Shown here one piece after another: positions 19,314-26,058 of a DNA stretch of 64,000 nt. The stretch's first letter is position 1. Each line of letters starts with the position of its first letter. The notes below the pieces were generated by a model. That model was given only the letters and a program-made list of their open reading frames with translations. It was not told where the DNA came from and did not search any database. The DNA is from an uncultured Bacillota bacterium (lineage in GTDB: Bacteria; Bacillota; Clostridia; Christensenellales; UBA1242): positions 64,041-128,040 of the forward strand of contig CAMRTM010000002.1 of NCBI GenBank assembly GCA_947053645.1, read 5' to 3'. The translations under genes and the position numbers were made by a program.

Positions 19314-19739
19314 ATCTTTCTTAATATTTTTATTTTGTGATTCTTCTATGTTTTTTGAATCTATTTCTTGTTTAATTAAATAGTATAATCCAGTTACAAA
19401 AGCCGTCTTTTTGCAGTCACGCAATAGTTTACTTACTTGATTTAGGTAAATCAAAACAGTGATTCCAGCAAGTATTATTGTGAAAATTATGTACAGGACT
19501 AAAAATGCCCATATTCCATTGTCAAGTTTAATTTGGCAAAAAAAGTAGATACCGATAGAAAATCCAAATGCGTACAGACCAAGAATAATTGATACAATTA
19601 ATTCCTGTCTTTTTAAAGTCTGTTTATCTTGCCATGTTAAAAAATTCTCTGAGAGAGTTTTTTTCGTAAAAAGACAAGATAAGGCAAATATACCTACACC
19701 TATTGAAATTCCTATAAATATCATTGCCTCAAAATTCAT
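19305..19739 (-). CDS. hypothetical membrane protein (4 predicted TM segments)
   Basis: 144-aa hydrophobic ORF. AAGGAGGG Shine-Dalgarno 5-6 nt upstream of the ATG. Confidence 0.6.
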   Translation of the reverse strand: MNFEAMIFIGISIGVGIFALSCLFTKKTLSENFLTWQDKQTLKRQELIVSIILGLYAFGFSIGIYFFCQIKLDNGIWAFLVLYIIFTIILAGITVLIYLNQVSKLLRDCKKTAFVTGLYYLIKQEIDSKNIEESQNKNIKKDKK

Positions 19740-19770
19740 GAATCGCCCTCCTTAATTTCCTATTATAGTC

Positions 19771-19779
19771 GGGGGGGGG
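19771..19779. repeat. G9 homopolymer in a divergent promoter region
   Basis: Nine consecutive G in an otherwise AT-rich intergenic region. Lies 32-40 nt upstream of the minus-strand ATG, and its 3' four G's plus the following AT (19776-19781) occupy the -35 position of a plus-strand TGaTATAAT extended -10 box (19796-19804). Confidence 0.9.
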
Positions 19780-19874
19780 ATTTGTCAAGTAAATTTGATA
19801 TAATAACGTCGGGACGTTATTTTTATGTTTATCAAATACTTTGTAGATTTGAGATTATATGTTAAAATGTCCAT

Positions 19875-20456
19875 ATGTTAGATTACGAAAAGAAATTTGG
19901 TGGAAAGATTATTGCGGGTATTGATGAGGCGGGGAGAGGTCCACTTGCGGGGCCAGTGGTTTGTGCCTGCGCTGTTATGCCTATGGATAATATTATTGAG
20001 GGGATTAATGATAGCAAAAAACTCTCTGCCAAAAAGCGAGAAGAGTTATATGAAAAAATTATTGAAACTGCAATAAGTTATTCTATTGTGGAAGTGGACG
20101 AGAAAACTATCGACGAGATAAACATTTTGCAAGCGACCCGCCTTGGCATGAAAAAAGCACTTGAAAGTTTGTCTGTGAAGCCAGATGTTGTCCTTATTGA
20201 TGCCGTCAAAATTGACACCGATTTGCCGCAAGAGAACATAATAAAAGGAGACGCCCTTTCCTACAATATTGCCGTCGCATCAATTCTTGCAAAAGTGCAT
20301 CGTGATAGGCTTATGGTAAAACTAGATGAAAAATATCCCCAGTATGGCTTTGCAAAGCACAAAGGTTATGGCACAAAACTGCATATTGAGGCACTAAAAA
20401 AATATGGCAAATGTGAGATTCATAGAGATTCTTTTATTAAAAATTTTATAAATTAA
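19875..20456 (+). CDS. rnhB: ribonuclease HII
   Basis: GIDEAGRGPLAGPVV motif. 193 aa. Confidence 0.95.
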   Translation: MLDYEKKFGGKIIAGIDEAGRGPLAGPVVCACAVMPMDNIIEGINDSKKLSAKKREELYEKIIETAISYSIVEVDEKTIDEINILQATRLGMKKALESLSVKPDVVLIDAVKIDTDLPQENIIKGDALSYNIAVASILAKVHRDRLMVKLDEKYPQYGFAKHKGYGTKLHIEALKKYGKCEIHRDSFIKNFIN

Positions 20457-20459
20457 AGA

Positions 20460-20490
20460 AAAATAACGGAAATTTGCTATTATTTTTTTA
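20460..20490. terminator. degenerate hairpin or terminator after rnhB, homologous to the dnaJ terminator
   Basis: agaaaaataacggaaatttgctattattttttt compared with agaaaaaataacggcaatttgccgttatttttt at 19281-19313. Confidence 0.5.
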
Positions 20491-21033
20491 TAATCTAAAA
20501 AATAATTTTCTAAACTCTTTTTCATCTATCTTTTTATAGTATAGTTCATCTAAAAGAATTTTTGCGTATTTAAGTTTGACTTTGAAATCTTTATGACTTG
20601 TTATTGTGTATTCTTGGAAATAGTCGTCAGCCATAATGTCACCAAGTGAGGCGGTGAATACACAATCTTTTTCATGGCTTATTTCGCCGCCATAACTAGA
20701 TTTCCACACCTTAACCCAATCACTTTCATAATCAAATTTCCATTTTTGAGTTTTTTTGTTTTTAATATATTCCCTCATAAAGAAGATATTATCATGTTTT
20801 AAAAGATACTCTTTTCTTGGTAAAATTTTTGTTATTGTTAAAATTTTGCTCTTTTCTATTGGGAGGTCTTTGACAGCAAGATTTTTAACTTTTACTACAA
20901 CAGCATCCTCTTTTATTGCATAATTATAGGTTGGGGCTTCAACAATATTGCCGACCTTTAAATCAATACCGCATTTATAGATATAAGGATATTTAGAATT
21001 AAGGAAATTTACATAAGCATATTTTTCTTTCAT
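20488..21033 (-). CDS. hypothetical protein
   Basis: 181-aa ORF, last gene of the minus-strand XRE/toxin/immunity string. No recognisable motif. Confidence 0.55.
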   Translation of the reverse strand: MKEKYAYVNFLNSKYPYIYKCGIDLKVGNIVEAPTYNYAIKEDAVVVKVKNLAVKDLPIEKSKILTITKILPRKEYLLKHDNIFFMREYIKNKKTQKWKFDYESDWVKVWKSSYGGEISHEKDCVFTASLGDIMADDYFQEYTITSHKDFKVKLKYAKILLDELYYKKIDEKEFRKLFFRL

Positions 21034-21099
21034 GTTTTAATAGTAGCACAAAGTTATAAAAATAAAAAGCATATCACATGATATGCTTTTTAAATAAGA

Positions 21100-21426
21100 C
21101 TATTCTTTCTCGTCATTTTCGTATTGAAGGAGATTGTTTGGATACTTTTGAACAAAGTCTTCAAATATTTGTAAAATTAGGTTGTATTCATAATCATCAT
21201 AATTTTTTTGTAATTTTATCTTTTCTTTGTCAAAATTCACAAAAATATATTTTAAATTATCATTATGGCAATACCATAAAAATTCTTCTAAAAGGTCTGC
21301 ATTGAAATGCAAATTTTCATAATCTTCCCAGTCGGGTATGGTTTTCCCCTCTAGGTTTTTATAAATTTGAGTGTAAAAGTCTTTATAACTTTTATAGTAT
21401 TTTTTATTAAAAATTATTTCTTTCAT
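21100..21426 (-). CDS. barstar-like ribonuclease inhibitor (putative immunity protein)
   Basis: 108 aa, starting 15 nt downstream of the barnase-domain gene. KSYKDFYTQIYKNL....IPDWEDYENLHFNADLLEEFLW parallels barstar S..DLH..L.K.L.LPEYYGENLDALWDCL. Confidence 0.55.
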   Translation of the reverse strand: MKEIIFNKKYYKSYKDFYTQIYKNLEGKTIPDWEDYENLHFNADLLEEFLWYCHNDNLKYIFVNFDKEKIKLQKNYDDYEYNLILQIFEDFVQKYPNNLLQYENDEKE

Positions 21427-21440
21427 TTTTTTTCTCCTTA

Positions 21441-22085
21441 TTAATTAATCTCATAAACAGTCACATTGCCATCTAGGTGATCGGGTGAATAAAAAAATAA
21501 GCCATCATTCGAATAATACATTCTTAAAGAATTTCTTTTACCGCTTACATAGTCAATATCGCATTCAAACCAAACTCTTCCGTTTTTTTCTGGTAATATA
21601 TGATTACGATTATTATATATATCTCCACCTAGCATTTTATTTGGAGCAAGCAATGATAAATTCTTTCCTTTTTCCCAACCATACTCCTCTCGTGCTTTTT
21701 CCTTTGTTATGTAGTAATCTGGAAGTTTTCCATAAAACTTTAACCACAAATCTGGTGAGGGCTGCTTTTTTGAGATTGTACCTATTTTCTTAGTTTCAAC
21801 ATTTTTATAAAAGCAATCACAATGTGGATGTGCGGGTAGTTTAATGTGTTCTCCATTTTTGTATATTCGCTTGTTTCGTTGTGGACAATCTTTGCAAGGA
21901 AAAGAGCATATACTTCTGTGGTGATATTGTAGGTAATTCGCTGTTAAGTTTTTTTGATTTAAAAATCTATCTAAAATTGATTTAAATAAATCATTAAATG
22001 TACTCATTTTATCATATATCCTTTTAAAATTCAAAAGATTTGTAATCTTTGAAAAAAGGTTAACATGAGTTTTTTGCCTTTTCAA
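21441..22085 (-). CDS. MuF-fragment / barnase-domain ribonuclease toxin
   Basis: The C-terminus KLPDYYITKEKAREEYGW...GGDIYNNRNHILPEKNGRVWFECDIDYVSGKRNSLRMYYSNDGLFFYSPDHL aligns residue for residue with barnase (KLPDNYITKSEAQALGW...GGDIFSNREGKLPGKSGRTWREADINYTSGFRNSDRILYSSDWLIYKTTDHY). The catalytic Glu, two Arg and His are conserved. Upstream, CKDC...LPAHPHCDC resembles the C-terminal Mu F / SPP1 gp7 motif. The TTG start is uncertain; ATG 22007 is an alternative. Confidence 0.8.
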   Translation of the reverse strand: MKRQKTHVNLFSKITNLLNFKRIYDKMSTFNDLFKSILDRFLNQKNLTANYLQYHHRSICSFPCKDCPQRNKRIYKNGEHIKLPAHPHCDCFYKNVETKKIGTISKKQPSPDLWLKFYGKLPDYYITKEKAREEYGWEKGKNLSLLAPNKMLGGDIYNNRNHILPEKNGRVWFECDIDYVSGKRNSLRMYYSNDGLFFYSPDHLDGNVTVYEIN

Positions 22086-22103
22086 TACTTTGCGCCAAAT
22101 ATT

Positions 22104-22322
22104 TTAGGTATGTTTTTTTCTTTGTCTTTCTTCACTTATTCCAACCAAGTAGTCTACGCTAACATCAAAATATCGAGATAATGTAACTAAAGTTTGAATC
22201 CTTGGTTTTCTTATCAAATTCTCCCACCGATATATTGTGGCGTGGGTGACATTAAGTTCTTTGCCAAGTGCGTTTTGCGACATACCTTTTTCAAGTCGAA
22301 GTTGTTTTAATCTGAATTTCAT
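22104..22322 (-). CDS. XRE family transcriptional regulator
   Basis: LRLEKGMSQNALGKELNVTHATIYRWEN is a classic HTH_3 pattern. 72 aa. Confidence 0.85.
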   Translation of the reverse strand: MKFRLKQLRLEKGMSQNALGKELNVTHATIYRWENLIRKPRIQTLVTLSRYFDVSVDYLVGISEERQRKKHT

Positions 22323-22496
22323 TTTTCTTTCTCCTTTTATTTAACATCTTTAAATTAGCATAAATTCTTTGTAATTAGTTATCGCTATAGCAACAATTTT
22401 ATGGTATCAAAGTGCCTTAAGAAAATTACCGTGTGTCCACACGATAATCTTTAAAATTGATTTGCTTTCTTATTTTAAAAGGGCTATACTTAACCT

Positions 22497-23195
22497 ATGA
22501 AAAGGTTTTTTGGTCAAAGGCAGGGCGATAATATTATTTTTGAGGGCAGTGAGTTTACTCACATTGCCCGCGTTTTGCGTATGAAGGAAGGAGAGAGAGT
22601 AATCGCCTCGCTTAATGACGAAAATGATTATTATTGCTCTTTAACCGAAATTGGAAAAGCACGCGCTGTGGCGAGAATAGAAAAAGTAGAGTTTTGTAAA
22701 GCGTTACCAAAGCACAATATTGTCCTTTTTCAAGCGATGCCAAAGCGTGAATATTTTGAAAGTATTGTGACAAAGGCGGTAGAACTTGGGGCAAGCAAAG
22801 TGGTGCCATTTAAATGCGAGTGGAGTGTTAATCATGATTACAAAAGTGAAAGAATAACACAAATAGTTCAAACAGCGTGCAAGCAATGTGAGAGGTCACG
22901 CCTAATCGAGGTGTCGCCTGTTTTAAGTTTTGAAAACATGTTAAACATGCTGAAAGGCTTTGATATTATCATATTCGCATATGAGAAAGAAAACAAATCG
23001 CTTGACCAAAAACTGCTGGAGAAGAAAGAGAATATTGCAGTTATAGTAGGTTGTGAAGCAGGCTTTACTCCTGAAGAGGCTGAAAAGATAATTTCTAATG
23101 GCGGAGTTTCAATAAGTCTTGGCAATAGAATACTGCGCTGTGATACTGCCGCCCTTGCTACACTTGCGGTAGTAAATATTTTAAGCAAAAATTAA
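22497..23195 (+). CDS. rsmE: 16S rRNA (uracil1498-N3)-methyltransferase RsmE
   Basis: 232 aa. PUA-like N-terminus (EFTHIARVLRMKEGERV) and C-terminal GCEAGFTPEE...LGNRILRCDTAA SPOUT motifs. Confidence 0.9.
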   Translation: MKRFFGQRQGDNIIFEGSEFTHIARVLRMKEGERVIASLNDENDYYCSLTEIGKARAVARIEKVEFCKALPKHNIVLFQAMPKREYFESIVTKAVELGASKVVPFKCEWSVNHDYKSERITQIVQTACKQCERSRLIEVSPVLSFENMLNMLKGFDIIIFAYEKENKSLDQKLLEKKENIAVIVGCEAGFTPEEAEKIISNGGVSISLGNRILRCDTAALATLAVVNILSKN

Positions 23196-23204
23196 GGAGT
23201 ACCT

Positions 23205-24467
23205 ATGAAAATTGTGATTATGACCTTGGGCTGTAAGGTCAACAAATACGAAAGCGACTCCATAAAACATTATCTTAAACTTAAAGGGTTTGAGGTGAGT
23301 GATAAGTTGGGGTACGCTGATGTTTACATAATAAACACCTGTGCTGTCACCGCTGAGGCGGAAAAGAAATCTCGCCAGATGATAGCAAGGTGCAAAAAAT
23401 TTAATAAAAGTGCAAAATTTTTCGTCTGTGGTTGTGCAAGTCAGAATAACCCTGAGCAGTTTTTATCTAAGGGGGCTTTGTATGTAAGTGGGGTGGCTGC
23501 CAAGGTTAAAATTACCGACTATGTTGAAAAAATGAAGGAAAAGGTGGCGGGCAACCTTGTTTCTCCGCTACCTCTTGAATATGAAGATGACATGCATGCC
23601 GAACAAGACAGAATGCGGGCATACATTAAAATTCAAGATGGTTGCAATAATTTTTGCTCCTACTGCCTTATTCCATATCTTAGAGGAAGGTCACGCTCAC
23701 GAGATATAATAAGTATTATCAAGGAGGTGGCTTCACTTCCCGAGGACATCAAAGAGGTGGTGCTGACTGGAATCAATGTGACCGACTATAGAATTGATGG
23801 CGAACCTGCACTTTTAACAGTCCTTGAACAACTTGACGGCTTTGGCAAACGCCTTAGACTTTCCTCTATGGAAGAGAGCCTTGTAAGTGATGAATTTGTG
23901 GCGGGACTTAAAAACCTTAAAAATTTCTGTCCGCATTTCCATTTGTCCCTCCAAAGCGGAAGCGAAAGCGTGCTTAAACGCATGAATAGAAAATATACGC
24001 CAGCCGAGTTTTTACAGTCGGTGGAGCGTATTCGCAGGACTTTCCCTCTTGCTGGCATCACTACTGATGTAATTGTGGGATTCCCAGAGGAAACGGAAGA
24101 AGAATTTAATGAAACGGTGGAGTTTATTAAAAAAGTAAGATTTTCCGATTTACATATCTTTCAGTACTCACGCCGTAGTGGCACTGTGGCAAGCAAACGC
24201 AAAGACCTTTCGCCAGAGATAAAACAGCGAAGATTTGAAATACTTAATGCCCTTAAAGGTGAATTAAGATTGGAGTTTGTAAAGAAAAATAAGCATTGTA
24301 AGGTGCTTATTGAAGAAAAGGAAGATAATTTATATATTGGCTATAGTGAAAACTATATCAAGTGTTATCTTGAAAGCAGAAAAGATTTATTAGGCAAGGT
24401 AGTGGAAGTGAAGATGGGTCATGAATTTAAAGACGGTGCAAGGGCGAGAGTTAAGAAAATTTTATGA
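23205..24467 (+). CDS. mtaB: tRNA (t6A37) methylthiotransferase MtaB
   Basis: UPF0004 N-domain (LGCKVNKYES, INTCAVT), radical-SAM CNNFCSYCLIP and a TRAM-like C-terminus. rsmE-mtaB order as in B. subtilis yqeU-yqeV. Confidence 0.9.
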   Translation: MKIVIMTLGCKVNKYESDSIKHYLKLKGFEVSDKLGYADVYIINTCAVTAEAEKKSRQMIARCKKFNKSAKFFVCGCASQNNPEQFLSKGALYVSGVAAKVKITDYVEKMKEKVAGNLVSPLPLEYEDDMHAEQDRMRAYIKIQDGCNNFCSYCLIPYLRGRSRSRDIISIIKEVASLPEDIKEVVLTGINVTDYRIDGEPALLTVLEQLDGFGKRLRLSSMEESLVSDEFVAGLKNLKNFCPHFHLSLQSGSESVLKRMNRKYTPAEFLQSVERIRRTFPLAGITTDVIVGFPEETEEEFNETVEFIKKVRFSDLHIFQYSRRSGTVASKRKDLSPEIKQRRFEILNALKGELRLEFVKKNKHCKVLIEEKEDNLYIGYSENYIKCYLESRKDLLGKVVEVKMGHEFKDGARARVKKIL

Positions 24468-24611
24468 AAAAGAGAAAAGAGTTTTCTCTTTTTATTTTTC
24501 GTATCTTCTTATTACAATGACTTGCAAGATGTTTTAGCATACAAAAGTGAGGCGGAATAAAAAAATAAAGAATGGAATAACCATTCTTTCTTTTTATTCA
24601 TAAATAAATAC

Positions 24612-25250
24612 ATGAAAAAAAGTTTAAATGAAATAAATAACGAGTTGTTTAGAAAAATGAGGGATTGCAAGAAGGATTCGCCGCAATATTTGGAAATTAG
24701 AGATGAACTTTTCGCTCTTAACCAGCGTTTGCTTACTATTGCCACGCGCTCTTATAACAATGGCAATTCTTATGATTTTGAGGATTATAGAGCGGAGGCG
24801 GCAAAAGGGCTTTTAAAGGCCATCGAAACTTTTAATCCTGATAAAGGCAACACCTTTTATACCTATGCAATTGTTTGTATGAAAAGTTTTGTTAATATGT
24901 ACATTCGTAAGTACAAACGCTATAACGACACGACCATTTCAGTGGAAACGGTAATTTCTTTTTCTTCTGACAATGATTTAACGCTGGAAGACATCCTTGG
25001 CACTGTTGAGTCAGAGGAAGAAATGATAAATGAGATTATGATAAAGGAGATTAAAGTCTTTCTGCCTCTTCTTCCAGAAAAACTTAGAAAGGTGCTTGAA
25101 CTTAGATATTTTGATGAGCGATGCATGACGCAACTGGAAATTGCAAAAGAAATTGGTGTTTCTCGCTCCTATGTCAGCAGGCTGGAGTCACAGGCGATAG
25201 ATAGCCTTAAAGAACTTATGAATATGTCGCAAACAGAGGAAGAATCTTGA
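24612..25250 (+). CDS. sigma-70 family RNA polymerase sigma factor (group 3 / sporulation-sigma-like)
   Basis: Region 2 (GLLKAIETFNPDKGNTFYTYAIVCM) and region 4.2 HTH (TQLEIAKEIGVSRSYVSRLESQAI). 212 aa. Confidence 0.8.
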   Translation: MKKSLNEINNELFRKMRDCKKDSPQYLEIRDELFALNQRLLTIATRSYNNGNSYDFEDYRAEAAKGLLKAIETFNPDKGNTFYTYAIVCMKSFVNMYIRKYKRYNDTTISVETVISFSSDNDLTLEDILGTVESEEEMINEIMIKEIKVFLPLLPEKLRKVLELRYFDERCMTQLEIAKEIGVSRSYVSRLESQAIDSLKELMNMSQTEEES

Positions 25251-25308
25251 TAAAAAAGGTGGCAAAAGACCGCCTTTTTATTTTATTGAAAAAGAATTGA
25301 AAAATTTG

Positions 25309-25337
25309 TTGACTTTTTGACGGGGGTGCTATATACT
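25309..25337 (+). promoter_or_regulatory. sigmaA-type promoter of rpsU-rplS
   Basis: TTGACT, 17-nt spacer, TATACT. Confidence 0.7.
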
Positions 25338-25372
25338 AGTACGGAACTTAAAAATAGAAGGTGGTGAGAATA

Positions 25373-25555
25373 TTGACTACAGTTAAAGTTGGCGAGAATG
25401 AAAGTCTTGAAAGCGCACTTAAACGCTTTAAAAGAAAATGTCAAAAAGATGGAATCATCGGTGATATAAGAAAGAAAGAAGCCTACGATAAACCTAGTGT
25501 TGCTAAGAAGAAAAAACGCGAAGCCGCTAGAAAAAGAGCTAGAAAAAGAGGCTAA
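25373..25555 (+). CDS. rpsU: 30S ribosomal protein S21
   Basis: [25 protein letters not shown]... The TTG at 25373 is preferred because the AGGTGGTG Shine-Dalgarno lies 5 nt upstream. The track start GTG 25361 lies inside that Shine-Dalgarno sequence. Confidence 0.9.
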   Translation: MTTVKVGENESLESALKRFKRKCQKDGIIGDIRKKEAYDKPSVAKKKKREAARKRARKRG

Positions 25556-25585
25556 GAAAAAATTTAATTAAAAGGAGATAAAATT

Positions 25586-25936
25586 ATGAGTAATATTATA
25601 GACCAAATCGAGAAAGAAAATATGAAAGAAAATCTCCCTGAATTCAATATCGGCGACACTGTTAGAGTGGGCGTAAGAATTAAAGAAGGCGATAAGGAAA
25701 GAATTCAGGCTTATGAAGGCGTTGTAATTGCAAGAAAGAACGGCGGAATTAGAGAAACTTTCACTGTAAGAAAACTTTCAAATGGTGTTGGCGTTGAGCG
25801 TACCTTCCCACTTCACTCTCCACTTGTTGCGGGTGTTGAAGTTGTAAGAAAGGGTAGCCCAAGACGCGCAAAACTTTACTATGTAAGAGAACTTACTGGT
25901 AAGGCTGCAAAAATCAAATCAGCAGACAATAACTAA
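25586..25936 (+). CDS. rplS: 50S ribosomal protein L19
   Basis: [46 protein letters not shown]. Confidence 0.95.
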   Translation: MSNIIDQIEKENMKENLPEFNIGDTVRVGVRIKEGDKERIQAYEGVVIARKNGGIRETFTVRKLSNGVGVERTFPLHSPLVAGVEVVRKGSPRRAKLYYVRELTGKAAKIKSADNN

Positions 25937-26058
25937 AAGTGCTTAAAGCGCTTTTTTTATTTCTTATGTTTCTTTTACTCTAAAAAAGCGTGAGAAATTT
26001 TGACAAAAAGTCTTAAAAAATTTGTTTTTTGAATGAAATAGTATATAATATAACTAAT

